This document shows, in pieces, positions 43,794 through 64,000 of a stretch of DNA of 64,000 nucleotides. Where the stretch lies: assembly GCF_009914755.1 (NCBI RefSeq), contig NC_060929.1; one strand, 5' to 3'. The notes beneath the pieces were generated by a model. The model did no database searches, was not told the origin of the DNA, and saw only the letters and a program-made list of their open reading frames with translations. Position 1 is the first letter of the stretch. Each line of letters begins with the position of its first letter. Origin of the DNA: the human T2T-CHM13v2.0 reference genome, Homo sapiens. The position numbers and the translations under genes are program-made.

Positions 43794-44159
43794 TGAGAAG
43801 ATTCTGGGTGTAATGATATCACTTTAGTAACTTCTTACTTGTACTTTGGAAACATTGGCCATCTAATATCCAACTAATGGGAATTTGCTAGTGATCAAAT
43901 TCAAGAGAAATCCCTTTTCCCCAAAATAAGCTTGTGGTGGCATGTAGAAATTGAATTGAAAACCTATTTTTGTCTCATCTAATATTACATGAAGCTATGT
44001 TTGCAGAATTGTTTTAACTGTGTGAAAGAAAATGCTTGTAAATAATTATATTTTGATGAATAACAACGTTGTTATTTACTAAAGTCAGATGATGCTTTCT
44101 TTTCTTTTTATTTCCCCACCAGATAACTAGGTTGTATTGAAAATATTTAATGATTAAAA

Positions 44160-44370
44160 ACATGAGCTCTACAGAGTGATAGGGTCCAAATCCTCTTCTC
44201 ACTGGATTAACTCTATGGCCTTATGGAAATTACTTCCCTACGACTCAATTTCTTCCTTTAGAAAAATGTGGGTCATGAGTTCTCATTTGGTCGTAAGGCT
44301 ATTATAAAGATTAAATAATGTAGTACATGCAAAGCACATAAAAAACTGCCTAGAGAAGCACAAGTAACAT
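44160..44370 (+). mobile_element. MIR remnant
   Basis: gggtccaaatcct...ctcaatttcttc...aaaatg...ataaagattaaataa...tgcaaagcac. Confidence 0.55.
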
Positions 44371-44413
44371 CATAAGCAAAAGTTAGCATTTTTCTTATTG
44401 TTTTATGTTATCA

Positions 44414-44830
<417 letters not shown>

Positions 44831-46039
44831 TTAAAGCTTACCAAATTTCCTAACATAACCTTATTTTCAATTCAAAATACTCCTGTGAGGTGATAGAACA
44901 CAATGTTTACACATTATTACTAATTTACTCATGAGAACAAAGACAAAGAAAATCAAATACTAATCTAGAATAGCTAATAAGTGCTTAGTGATTTTCCTCT
45001 GTCTATTGATGCTAGTTTTGCTTTTTCAATAGAAAGAATATGTATACCATGTTCCTTACATGGATTAGAAAATCCATCTAATCACAGTTGCCTGTAGGAG
45101 TACTTTATATCTTACTACTGGGAACCTTTTTGACATAGATACATCAGATATGCTTACTGATGTTTGATTACTATGGAGTGCTTCAATTACATTAAACAAA
45201 ATGTACATACAAAAATACATATGGAAACTCTAAAAGTCATCTTCTCATAGTTTAATTATCATGCCAAAATTGTTACCATTTTTACCAGAACCATTCTGGC
45301 AGATCAGAAGTGAGAGATGGTTGTTTTGTAAACCCTTGATGACAAAGTCATCTTTGGTAGTTGCACTGGATGGTTGGAAACATGTAGCAATTTGTAGGGA
45401 AAAATGATTAATAAGTGATTGAGGTAAGTGACTACACTGTATTTTGACCAAAACAAACAAACAAACAAACAAAGAGTATAAATTCTTAGAATGCAGACTA
45501 TATGTTATTTCTCTACATATCATCTATCTACCTACTCATCTGACTAGGTATCCATTTATATATTTTACTTTCTTTAGTTACAAACTGTTTCTAAACATAA
45601 TTTTGAAAGGAGAGTTCAATGATATGTTTAACAAGTTTAACATGGTTGTTCAGGATCATATTATCCAAAGTAACTGCACTGCCATGTAAGCATCATTGGA
45701 TGTGTTTTGGCAGAAGAAAAAGGAGACATTCCTGTTAATTTTTCTTCAACATGTATATTTATTATAGGTTATGGCAGTCAAGAAAATGTTGTTGAAAGTA
45801 AAGAAAAATTTCGTCTTAGTAAAGTGCCGATGAATTGTGAAATACTACCCATAAACCACTATTTGCTGAAATAGACTTGGCTCAATCAATGATTTTCAGT
45901 TATTAAGTTAAAAAGCCCTCCCCTGATATTTATATAGTCTAATTAAGTTAGGACAATAAATGATACAGAAAAAGGACTATAAACTAAATTTGCAAGTATA
46001 CCTAGTTTTGGAATTTAATACATATTAATTACACTTCTT

Positions 46040-46190
46040 TTTATTATTTTATTTTTTCAATTGACACAAAATTGTATGTATTAATCATGTACAGTATGAT
46101 GTTTTGAAGGATATATGCAAAGTGGCATGGCTACCTCTACATAATTAACATATATATTACACCACATAGTTATCCTGTTTTAATGGTTAA
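46040..46190 (-). mobile_element. L1MA-like 3' end fragment
   Basis: aattgacacaaaattgtatgta...tacagtatgatgttttgaa...aattaacatatatattac. Confidence 0.6.
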
Positions 46191-46934
46191 AAAAAACATG
46201 CATCAAAACGTTTTTTCCAACCAAAAATACATGACATAGTTTTATTCAAATAATCTTGTGGCTAAAATGTTGTACTTTATTTTCAATTGTTTGTAAATAT
46301 TCAGTTCATATAATCTATTTTGAGTGTAAAAAATAATGTGTTTAAGGTTTAACTTTTGATTGTTTACCTTTTAAAATTTTGACTCTTAATTTTTATATAT
46401 ACTGCTACCTCTAATCTCCAACATTTATTATCAATATAAATTAAATCCAAAGTATTTTCATTTATAAAGATAAAAAATATTTATATAATTTTTTGATATC
46501 ACTATGGTCACTAAAAATAAATAACTGTACTCTATACATTCTTTATGTCTTCCATATTCCATCAGAATTTTCTCATGCTATGTTCACAGTTTCTTACAAG
46601 TTAGCAAAAAAAAAATGCCTTTGGATGTTAAGAATGAAAATAAAACAAGCTGAAATCAGGATAAGATATATTCTTTGTCACATCTCTAATCCTGTTGGCA
46701 TTTTGCAACAGTTTTCTTTTGTAACTTATTTACATAACAATGGATTTACCTTTTATAAGTGGTTTGATTCTTCTCTTTAAGCGAGAAATGACAGAATACT
46801 GTCTCCTCTCAAGCAAAACTGAGAGAAAAAAATTGAATCCAAACTATCTGTGCCTTTCCTCTAATGCAGTTTTACTCCTCAGGGAAAAATTAAACTAGTG
46901 CTTTTGGAAATCTATATATCGCAGGTAGATTTCT

Positions 46935-47145
46935 GTTTTTTTGTTTTCCTTTTTCTTTCTCTTTCTTTCTTTCTTTCTTTTTCTTTCTTTCTTTCTTCCT
47001 TCCTTTTTTCCTTCTTTCTTTCTTCTGATTTTTAATTTATAAATTATAATTGCATATATTTATTGCACAGAGTATGTTGTTTTGAATTATGCATACACTG
47101 TGGAATGGTTAAATTGAAGTAATTAATATATGCATTTACCTCACC
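46935..47145 (-). mobile_element. L1MA-like 3' end fragment with a (TTTC)n-derived tail
   Basis: CT-rich tract, then ataattgcatatattta...catacactgtggaatggttaaatt...ttacctcac. Confidence 0.65.
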
Positions 47146-47299
47146 AGGTGGATTGTTTAGAATTGGACACTCTAATATCACGGCTGCCATGCCAACTCGA
47201 CTCTCTATTTAATATCACACATTTCCTTGTTCTGGTCCCTACACTACTGATTCCTATTTCTACTTCTAATTGCACCTTTTATTTCGCAGCAGTTACGCC

Positions 47300-47780
47300 T
47301 GACAAATATTCTATCTTTGGCCAAAAGCTATTTAAGCTCTCCTGAACTCTCCTTTAAACTAGCCAATGATTTTGGGCTTTATGTTTGTCTCTGCATTTCC
47401 CAGTTTTAGCAAGAATCCTGCTAAGTCAATTTCGCTCGAATCCTCTGTCGTCAATACCTAATCACCCTTACTGTCTCACTGGGTTCCTCGTCACCAATCA
47501 CCAGTCAATGTCTGCTTATCCCGGCCTGCCTGTAGCAAGAAACTTCACCTTCTCTTGATGTCTCCTATTAGTAATTTTCCATCCAGTGACCTCTTGCTTT
47601 TCCTCACCCAACTCCTTGGATATAAATTCCCAATTTTCTTTGTGGTATTCAGACTTGACCCTAATCTCACTCCTAAGCTGCACCCAAAACCCAATGCAAT
47701 GGTTTCTACATCTATCATGACGATCCTGAATAAAATCTGTGTACCATGCTTTAATAAGTGTCATAAATATTTTCTATCAT
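47300..47780 (+). mobile_element. ERV1 LTR (MER31-like)
   Basis: tgacaaa start, cagttttagcaagaatcctgctaagtca, tagtaattttccatcca, ctccttggatataaattccc, gaataaaatc. Confidence 0.75.
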
Positions 47781-48419
47781 CGCCTTCTAACATTCTCTAT
47801 AATTCTTTTTGTATTATCTTTCTATTATTTATTGCCCATCTTCTCTTCACAACTTCTGACAGCTAGAATGTAAGCCAGGTGTTTGTGAATATTGGTTTGT
47901 TTCGTTTGTTAACAAAACCCAAATACCTTATATGAATGCTTATTCATATTAATACATAACAAGTCGACAGTAAACATTTGTTAAATGAAAGAATAACTGA
48001 ATAAAATACAAGATGATCATTAATGTTGCATACAGCCTAATAGAAGTACCATATTTTCTCTAAAATTTCTAGAATTACGACAGTGAGACTATAACTATCA
48101 AAGTCAGACCTCAATCCTCACCAGAGGATATTAAACAGACATTTTAAAATCTGCACTTTCTTAAGGCTTTCCTGCCGTAAGTGCATACCATCTAATAGAA
48201 CCACAACTCCTAATGTTATGCAGTAAATATGGATTATTCGTTAGTTTTCTCCTCTTTTCCCATGTTATGTGGAAAGAAATTCCACCTCATCCTATCTTCC
48301 ATAAATATTGAAGTCAAGGTGGTAGTTAGATGAAGAGCAAATGTTTCTTTAATGTGTTTAAGTCTTTACTAAGTTTTTTTTTCTTTTTTTTTTAATGAGC
48401 TGCATAAGTTAAAACAGTT

Positions 48420-53832
<5,413 letters not shown>

Positions 53833-56114
53833 CATACATAGTGCCTCTCCTTCTCACTTCACTGATGAGGAACAATTAACTAGTTATATTCCCTATTTGG
53901 GTCTAAATTTAATTTTGAGCAAGAGATTTTTAGCTGTGGCTTTTGGAAAAGAGGACAAATTAAGCAAACCACTCACTTAGAACCCAACTGAATTGACCAA
54001 ATTAATGTTGTAATAAGAGAAAAATCTACTCAGCATTGTAGCTGAGTAGAAGTTATCCAAGCAGCATAAGCTTCCAGTAGTTTATCAAGGAAGCTAGAAA
54101 AACAAATAATAGAAAAGTTCCTAGGGCTAAAGTGTGAATTACTTCCTAATACTGTGGTCTGTGTCGCAAGAAGCATATAGATCCCATCATGGTTTGATTT
54201 CACCCCGCCAAAAAAAAATGAGTAAGGGATTAATATATGAAAGCAATGTGTTCAAAACCTGTTTCTTGTGGTGTGTATCTAAGTCATTCTGAAGCACCCA
54301 TGTCTGAAAGCCTAGAGCTAGCAAAGCAACAGTGAATGGAATGTAGATAATTCTGGGAACAGTTGTTCCTTCCCCTTGTACAGTGGAGCTCTTTCTGACA
54401 ATGTGGGTCATAGCTAGAAAGAAGTTTTGATATAATTATACTAAGAAAGTTGTGACAGACTAGTTACTTAAATGCATATTCTCCATATATGGATCCTAAA
54501 AAAAAATTGAACAGGATGTTTGTTTTCTGTGCTGGGGCTTGGTATGACCCGTGAAGCATCTGCACCTCTCTCAGGCTGCTGAACCTCTGAAATGGTAATG
54601 CCAGGTTACATCAAAGCAGGTTGCAACTTCTGATGTGGGCAAAGAATCCCAAAAGATTTCAGATGGATAATGTGCAACCCCAAGGAGAAGACATCAGCAC
54701 ATCTGAGACAAGCTCAGGCTCGCCAACCATACTGGCTAAAGGTGCATTCCCTGAAAAGAGAATGCCCAGGTTTTTCCAGGGACTTTCACTTAATCCTATG
54801 TGATTGTGATTAAATTCCTTTTTCTCCTTGTCTTTCACCTTTCTGCTCTGCAAAATAAGAGAATAGCAATGCCTTCATAGTATTATGGAGAAGATGAAAT
54901 GAGATGATACATCAAAAATGCTTAGAATAGAGGTTGCATGTGGTAACTACTCAATAAATGTTATCCAATACTGCTGTTGCTTTCAAAGCTGTAACTAATG
55001 GGTTTTATGAAGACAAAAAATGGAGTAGGAGATATGTAGTTGATTCAGTTTGAATATTATGTGCAGTTATAGGAAAAGACATTTAATAAAAGGTAGTATT
55101 TATCAGAGAATGAGGGGAAGGAATGAGCCATATGCTTATGTAAAGAAAGCCTTCCAGGCAGTAGTGAAAGTCAAAGCAAACTGCAAAGCTAGAGGGAACT
55201 AGTGGAGTCCAAGAACCTTAGGAGCGAATGTGGCTGGAGTGGAATGGATGGGAGGTAAAGTAACGGGAGAGCAGAGAGGTAGAGAGGGCTAAATAACGGA
55301 TAGTCTGTAGGCTCTGGCTATTGACTTCCATTCTGCATGAAGCATTGGGTGGTTCGTGGTAGTGGAGGTAGAAGAGGTCTTATCCTGTATAGGCTAAGCT
55401 GTTTTGTAAAGAGTAGTGATTTATTTCTTGCTTATATCATATATTTTTGAGCTTTGGTCAGCTGCAATTTCACTTTCTGTGTCATTTCATTCTGGAATCA
55501 GTGCTGAATAAGCACGTCCTAAGGCAGAAAGGAAACACAAGAAAGATGGATAAAATTTGCTGGGAAGTGACTCATGCGACTGCCATTAACATCTCATTAC
55601 CCTAGAAGCCATAATGCCAACGCTATCGATGAGGTGAGAAAGTGAACTTTCTCCTGAAAATCTTAAAGTAGCAGGTATACAGATACATTTACTTTATAAA
55701 AAGGAAGAAGTAGATGAATAGAAATAATATCATCTATTAACATTACTGTGATTGTGAACATTTTACAAAGATCCTTCTGTTGTTGTTTTGCGAAGAATAC
55801 AATATATGGAAGCAAGAAAAGAATAAATAGAAGAAAACGACAAATGATGACATGGAGATCTTCAATGTGAGGCCATCATGTCTCTACCTAAGACAGCAGA
55901 AATAGAGGTGAAAATAAAGTAATTAGATTCAGGATGTATAATATGTTGAAGGAAAAGTTGAGAAGGTTTATTGGTGAACTGGTTGTAAAGTGAGGAGAGA
56001 AATAAAAATGTCAGGAATGGCTTGTTTGTTTATCTTTATTTTTTGACCTGAGCAATTACAGCACTTACCGAGATGGGTAAGACTGGGATGCAGATAAACA
56101 CACAGCCTACGTGA

Positions 56115-56469
<355 letters not shown>

Positions 56470-57069
56470 TTAAATTAATTTAATAAAAAATTAGAAGTAA
56501 GATACTACAGAATCAACACTGAAAAATCTAAATGGAATAAAGGATGTATGAAAAATACTGAAGTTTTCTTCTGGAGAATAGTAAAGAAAGCAGGAATGAG
56601 AGAGCAATGCTAATACAGGGGATGGATTTCAGTATCTTATAAATGACAACAAAGTATTAAAAAATAAAATACAACATGCAATGGTCAAAGATAGAAGAAG
56701 GGATAGAAGAGAAAAAGATGGATGAGGATAAGGTGGAGAAGGAAACTTTCTCACTGAAAAATAATGACCGTTCAGATTTTAAAATGCTGTTAATTGGAAG
56801 GGAGAACCATAATGGAAGGAAATAGCACTGAAACACATTGTTGCATTTTTTTAAATTGCAAAGTTAATCATAGATTTTAGCATATTTAAAACTCACCAGT
56901 CTGGGAAAGAACTATGAGTTCATAAGATAAAGATGCAGGAGTTATGGTCTTTACTGACTTAAGGTTAAAAAAATAAAAGTAGACATCCCTAACGTAAGGG
57001 CAAGAAATGCAAAATTTTGGATCCCTTCTGGTATTAGAAAATAATGTAATTTAAAGATGCCTATTGTAA

Positions 57070-57354
57070 GGCCGGGTGCAGTGACTCACGCCTACAATCC
57101 CAGCACTTTGGTAGGCCGAAGCAGGCGGATCACGAGGTCAAGAGATTGAGACCATCCTGGCCAACATGATGAAACCCCGTCTCTACTAAAAATAACAACA
57201 AAAAAAAATTAGCTGAGCATGGTGGCACAGAACTGTAGTCCCAGCTACTCAGGAGGCTGAGGCAGGAGAATCACTTGAACCCGGGAGGTAGAGGTTGCAG
57301 TGAGCCAAGATCATGCCATTGTACTCCAGCCCAGGTGACAGAGCGAGACTCCAT

Positions 57355-57389
<35 letters not shown>
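57070..57389 (+). mobile_element. Alu (AluSc-like) with an A34 tail and a 16-bp TSD
   Basis: gatcacgaggtcaagagattgagaccatcctggccaac; TSD aaagatgcctattgta. Confidence 0.96.
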
Positions 57390-57391
<2 letters not shown>

Positions 57392-57962
57392 TGCCTATTG
57401 TAGTGGACTCTGGAGGCTAGCAACAAGCACATAGAGACATAGAGGCAATTTAAAAGCAGTAATGTCATCTCTGCTCCCTGTGGAGCTTACACAGGAACCA
57501 CATCCAGTAGAATCAGAGGGTCATTGTGTCTGAAAACCTAGATCAGCTCTGCCCTGCAGCAAATTGATCACTTCATACTCACCCTGCGTTTGTATTCTCT
57601 TTTATTCATTATGCATACACCCTAGAGGAGACTGAAGGTGGAATAGAGGAGGTGTCCACCAATTATTTTGAAAACCCTACTTTCATTTGTTAGTAGGAGA
57701 AAAATTGAGAAAATCAATAGAGAAACAATTCATATTAGATAGTTTAGGTCTGTCTTGGTAATCAAAAATATTTGAAATCCAAAAATACTTGAAAATAGAG
57801 CTATGTAGGCAGAAAAAAAATAAAAATGTGATTTGTTTTCAAGACAATTGAAGGCAGAACTGTCAAACTTACCATTGAGGTGAAGTCTTAGATTCTACAA
57901 CCATATCGAAGCATATTTCAGCCTTGGACTTTCAGTTAATGTTTCAGTTATAAAGAGAAGCA

Positions 57963-58285
<323 letters not shown>

Positions 58286-61200
58286 TCAGATTAGATGATC
58301 TAGAATGTCTCCTAAGTAGTTGCATATCAGTGATCAATTTTTATGTTTTGTTTTATTGTTTTCAAATTCAACTTTTGAAACAAATATCAGGGTCTGCCTA
58401 ATTAATTCTATCTCTTTTTTTTGTCTTTTACCTCTTAGCTATTCTATTGATGTTCACAGCTTTTTTGTACATGAAATCTCTTTGTCTTTGATGCTGAATT
58501 ATTTATAATCAGGTGTTGATTTCCATTCAGTCATTTTCACAATGAATCAAAAAAGCTTCGCTTCGAACCAATATTATAATACTTTTATTTTTATGACCCC
58601 AAATATCCTCTTTCTCACTCTTACTCTTCACACAGTACATTAAATTTTGTATATGGAGAGGTTTTTTTTTTCATGCAGAGTTAGACAAAAATGACATTTA
58701 TATATTTATTTAATGTAATGAAGCTATTTGCTTTATTTTGTGACTCTGGTTGTATATTCTTGATAGGCTCCATATTTCCCTTCCTCTCCCAGGAAGGATA
58801 GTTTTATGGCAGAAGCTATTTCTCATCCATCCCTGCTAATTTCTGTAACTCACAATTTTCTTAAGATATTTCAGGTAAGGAGGAAAGAAATCGACATGGT
58901 AGAGGAATCTAAAAATCAATTGCTCAGGCCTAACCATTTTAGAAATCCATGTAATAATAAAGATTAATATTAAACCAGCTTCTCACAAATCTTGAGATAT
59001 CCATACAGAAATGCCTGTGCTCTTTAATATATTTGCAATTGTAGAACAGAAATAGTCTTTGAATGCCAATAAACTCAATAGTATTTGTTTGTCCCTTAAG
59101 TGAAGGAACTAGTCTAACATGAGATGTCATCTTACATACTCCCCTTTAAACATAAGAAGCAAAATATATACAAGTTAAAGATATGTGTTCAGCTTCAGTC
59201 CAGTCTCTATCATTCTGAGATCTCAATATTTGGCTTCATGTGGGTTAAATATTTGGAAGATTTTTTCTACCTTTGCATCTATTTAAGAAATATCCAAAAA
59301 TATTTACTGATATGTAAATATTTCCTGTTCTTATTTACAGCTTTTAACCAATTGACTTATGTCTTTGAATTCTAGCTGAGGTAAAAGGCATCAAAACAAG
59401 TGGTTTTCCCTTCACAACTACTAATACCTGCAATAGACACTTTAAAAAGGAATAAAATGGTCAATATATCAAGGTAAAATATTGGGTTTCAATGCCCACA
59501 GTTCTTCTAAAATTCTCATCAAAAAGGTCTCATCATAAAAAATAGGCTTTTGAAAAAATGGTATTTTATTACATTATATATTATATGATAAAGTCCAACA
59601 TTAAATGGCTACCTTTTTTTTCCTAAAACTTCCAGGGTTCTTATATATATGTATTTGTTATTTCACCTAACTTTTTTTCTACAGAATGGGTCAAGGAATT
59701 TTAGAATTTTTATGCTTTCTTGTGGACATATTGAGTAATGGTGGATGACTGTGAGTTAATACTGTTTTCTCATCTCATCAAACTATATGTCAAAGACACA
59801 CATGCTTGAATGATTGACAACTGGTACTGACTTATGGCTCAAATTTTAAAAAATTTTACTTTTTGCAATTGGAATTTTTGCTATTAACTCCATTGCCATA
59901 TATAACAATATACTAATATAATTTTCAATACTTACTGTACACACATATGCAATATGATATGTATGATATGAAGCAATGTGAAAAATGAAGGAACACAAAA
60001 GCTGCCTCTTGATGGTGGGAGCAAAAGCATCATAAAATGTTTAATTAAGGTTGCTTTCTATGTAGTACACTTTGGAAGAAATCCCTCTTTCCCAAAACAT
60101 TGGGCTTAAAATTTCCTATCTCCATAAAAGAAAATACAGATACAATAGACAGATAAAGCACTAATATTAGAAATATAAATAACCACAACAGTCACTTTTG
60201 TTAACTAATAATTTTGGTCAAAACATTTTTAAATTCGTATTGTAGATTCACAGCTTTCTGTACAAATTGATAGGGCTCAATAAATAAGACAAATTGAAAA
60301 GCAAAAGCTAATATTAATAATAGGAACCAAATTTCCTCCCTACATTGTCTGAGCTAATGGAGATAAAGAGAAAATAAAGAGGACACTCACACTTGGAAAA
60401 ATCTGTTGGATTTCCACAACAAGCAAGCGAAGCATATTTTCTCATGCCAATCCCTGTACAGGTGTATTTTGTGACATGACATTGAGTACCATATACCATA
60501 CTGCCATGAAAGAGATAATAGGGGTCCTAGTCACAAGGATCTTTCATTCAATTAGGGGAAAATTAAACGTATTTCCACATCTTTTCTAAGAAGCCTTATA
60601 TGGGAGTAATCACAAATGTACTAGGGAAGAATAATGACAGAATTAGCTCTTTTCAGATGGTTTTACACAAACTATATAAATTACAATGCATTAAATTCTC
60701 ATTTCAAGACAAAATATATTTTAATTTTGTTCCAGTTCTAGTATAGAACTTATCTTAAAATTATCATATTAAAATGGTTGAACTTATGATAATTATTACT
60801 ATCAATATGCTTTATGCTAAAAGTAGACAAAAAAGAGTACATTTAGTAAGCTAAAAATACATGAGCATATTATATGTCAACTGCTTTGTTTTAATATATT
60901 TTTCTAGCATACCTAATAATAGTTTAGTAAATTAGCCTCAGTCTACAATCAAAGACGATGTGTGTGTTATTTCTCAAACAAGTTATTATGGACTCATAGG
61001 TTCAAGTTTTTTAGGAAATCACTCTTTATGTAACCACTGTTTTACATGATCTCTTCAGTATGTGCTTCCTAAATGTGTCTGAGAAGAATAAATAAAATAA
61101 ATTTAAAAATTTCAGAAAATATTGTAGAAATAAAATTGCTAGAAAAAAATCTCTGGATTTAAAAAAATGTGTTCAACAGAATTGCTTGTCAAAGACATTT

Positions 61201-61649
61201 CTTCATAGGTAGTTCAATACGTAGTTCTGAAACATTATTAAAGATATCATAACATAAACCTGGCCTTCCAGATCTTCAAGATCAGCCAATAACTGGTTAG
61301 AGGTCAGCATACCCTATCAGTATCAAAAGCATAACAACTCAAATTCTGTCAAAGAAGACGTTAAGGGAGACAGATAAAAGTTTAATCAGAGACAGTATTT
61401 CATCTAAAAGACATCCCAAACTGGAAATTATTTGGTAATCTCATTGAAACTATAAGATAAAATTTTCCTTGCTTCCCTAATTCACCATGAAAAGGCCCTT
61501 GAGAACACTCAGAAACTAAGCTAAAAGTATTAACCTGCATTTCTGTTTTCATTTGAAGGGATAAATGTCTATGATAAGCAGGTATAGTAAAAACAATAAT
61601 TATCAGTCTAAATAATCATTTTTTGAAAACTAGAATTTAACTGCAAAAA

Positions 61650-61860
61650 CTTAAGAATCAGAAATAGGGTTCACTCTCAGTCTTACTTTTTATTAGCTCT
61701 GTGAATTTACTTAACCTCTCAGAATAGCAGTTTCCTCATTTAGAAAATAAAAGAAAAATATACCATATATACATATTAACACTTGTAAGTTTCTTTGCAA
61801 GGATACAAAACATATCCAGGCTTAAGTAAATGATTAACGATTCATAGCTATTAATGCTAT
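61650..61860 (+). mobile_element. MIR remnant
   Basis: tagctctgtga...ttacttaacctctc...cagtttcctcatttagaaaat core. Confidence 0.65.
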
Positions 61861-62941
61861 TCATGTTACTACTAACATTTTATGTAATTTTTATACAGTT
61901 AAGTAGAACAGCCTTTTTAATATTTACACTTTATCATTAATGTTATTACTTAAATTTTTTTCTTTTTAATATAATTATTATATTCACATGTTTAAACTAA
62001 ATGATTAAAATGTGATATTCTTTAGAAGTCATATTTTTCTGGGAATTTTTATGTTATTAGGTGTGTCTAATTTATTATTATTTTTTACTATTGCTATGAC
62101 AGACCTAGTGCTATGAGAGAAATTAGCAAGAGGATAACATAGCAAAATAGGAGGATTTAGCTCAGCATGATGGTTTTAAAAAGCTAAGGAAGTCACTAGG
62201 AGAAATCAGAGGTTACCTTCTCGATTTCAAAGGAAAAACAGACATTTGCCAGGCCAAAAAATAATGGGGAAGGAGTCAGCTAGTAGAACTGCTATATTCT
62301 ATTGATATGTGCAGACATGATATTTATGAGGAATATTAGAGCAAAAAGAGTTTTTTTTAAAAAAAAGAATTTAAGAATGTGGATACATCATCCTGAAAAG
62401 TAGGTAAGAAGACTAATCACAAAAATCAATGCTGCAAAACAGTTGGCCTATATTCTGAAAGTGTTGGGGTTGGGTGGTGAGGAGGTGACGATTGGCGTTT
62501 ATAAAGAAAAAATGAAACAACTGAACTCTGAATTCTCAAAACACCAGTCTGGAGGAATTGTGGAGTACAGATTGCAGAACCCTGAGACCACAAGAAACAG
62601 AACTAGGCATGATGCTAAGAGAGGCATCAGAAACGGCAAACAGGGGGCAAACTATGCCTATAATTAAGATTATAAATAAACGTTTTCTTTAAATTTAGAA
62701 AAATGATGCATTCATTTACAAGGACAGCTCTTAGATATTGAAATGGCTTCATATTGGAGGGTAAAAAAATCTTTGCAGGTTTAGCTGGTTTACTGAATTA
62801 CCTCGACTTGGCTTCTAACCAGAAACTGACCTACTATTAACCCCTTGATTTATTTGCATATGCTTTGTGGGAAAACACATTTTTTTTTTCAGCTTCTGAA
62901 TAAAACCTCAGACATCTCTTAGTTTTTTAGATACCAATATA

Positions 62942-63022
62942 TTAGGTTGTTGCGAAAGTAATGGCGGTTTTTGCCTTTACTTTTAAATGGCAAAAACCGC
63001 CATTACATTTACACCAACTTAA
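62942..63022. mobile_element. MADE1 (Hsmar1-derived MITE)
   Basis: ttaggttgttgcgaaagtaatggcggtttttgcc...ggcaaaaaccgccattacatttacaccaacttaa flanked by TA on both sides. Confidence 0.95.
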
Positions 63023-63229
63023 TAATACTTCTTCCTTGCTTAGGGATTAAAAGTTCTGAACCAGGGTAGTCATTGCATAGCAACAATCGAGTCTAGAATA
63101 GCAGACCCTGAGCTTGAGTCTTTTTTTTCTCTCTCTAATCCCTAGTTAGCGGCTATTTCAGAACCATTCAGAATAAGACCTAGAAGAAGGGGAGGATTTG
63201 CTAAAAGCTGCACAGTCAAACATGGCCGA

Positions 63230-64000
63230 GTTCACTGTAATCACGGGTTGGTACCCTCTCTGTGGTTGATGTATCCTTGCTGAATCTTTCTCAGGTACCA
63301 TTTTTGTGGATTCTGACATACCCCACTAGTGACCTGTGACTGCATTCACCTTCACCTAGACAATGTCCAGCCCATTGGTGGCACCTTACTTAGAACTTCT
63401 TGATCATCTTTTACATCAAAGAAATCTGGCACTTCTCTCACTGAAGGTTCTTTTAAACTTCCAGGCAGTCCCCTAGAGAAAGATCCCCCCAGGCCATCTC
63501 ATTTTGCTGGTGGTAGAACACATACATCTTGTTGCAAGTCAAGCCTGGGCTTTCTGTCTCTTCCACCATAGCCTGTGCTGTGTAGCCTCTCCTATCAACT
63601 CCTAGGATCCTTAAGCTCCAGTGAGCAAGGTACATTCTTGTGATGGCCTGCACTTGGCTCAAGGTAAACGGGAGAATTCCATGCCTTTGCCTGAGAAGGG
63701 ACTAGAGGAAGTGAGTGAGTGATGGGCACTATGCTGCCACTTCTCACCAATAAGGCCCTCTTTATCACATTTTCAAGCATAATCTCTTGTAGAAGAGGCT
63801 GGAGTGTGACTTGTTAATGTTTCCCTAACTAGAGCTGAGTCATTTATTTTGCCCATAATGTGTATAAATCTCATACTTCTCATCACAGGGAAGTACAACA
63901 AGGCATTATTATTTTGTTTAGTCCTCAGCCTTTCTTTAGCAGCCTCTGCAGAAACTTTGAGGGAGAAGGATGGGACTCACGTACAGCCCTGTAACAGAGA
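63230..64000 (-). mobile_element. Possible ancient ERVL/MaLR-type internal (pol/integrase) remnant
   Basis: Rise in GC content and weak resemblance of minus-strand fragments (HWS...GVDRRGYTAQA...WGD) to the ERVL integrase N-terminus; not verified. Confidence 0.3.

Noticed and set aside
45245-45523. ORF containing ISATTKDDF-like text (SATTKDDF) resembling a cadherin ATDKDD motif
   Set aside because: No other cadherin motifs or fitting splice sites, and the position does not fit the domain order of the gene; judged a chance match.
54025-54050. Perfect 10-bp-arm hairpin tctactcagc/gctgagtaga
   Set aside because: A hairpin this short is expected about once by chance in 64 kb.

Overview
AT-rich, CpG-depleted, Alu/L1-dense primate (most likely human) genomic DNA. 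It is almost entirely intronic sequence of a type II classical cadherin gene on the minus strand, recognised from the peptide as CDH18. Two coding exons are present: 22428-22261 (168 nt, end of EC2) and 1059-872 (188 nt, start of EC3). They have canonical AG/GT ends, splice in frame, and are separated by a ~21.2 kb intron. The rest is intron filled with Alus, L1s of several ages, L2/MIR remnants, MaLR/ERV LTRs, DNA transposons and microsatellites. Nearly all listed ORFs are spurious. I see no prokaryote-type or new multi-gene system. The most unusual structures are local ones: a ~250 bp direct duplication bracketing the 188-nt exon, a second duplication of similar size, spacing and divergence, an unassigned ~85 bp-arm inverted repeat, two L1s with twin-priming inversions, a MADE1 hairpin with a paired arm change, a sense-strand GAA/GGA tract and a candidate antisense exon. 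Repeat subfamily names are from recall of consensus sequences, not from a RepeatMasker run, and repeat boundaries are approximate.
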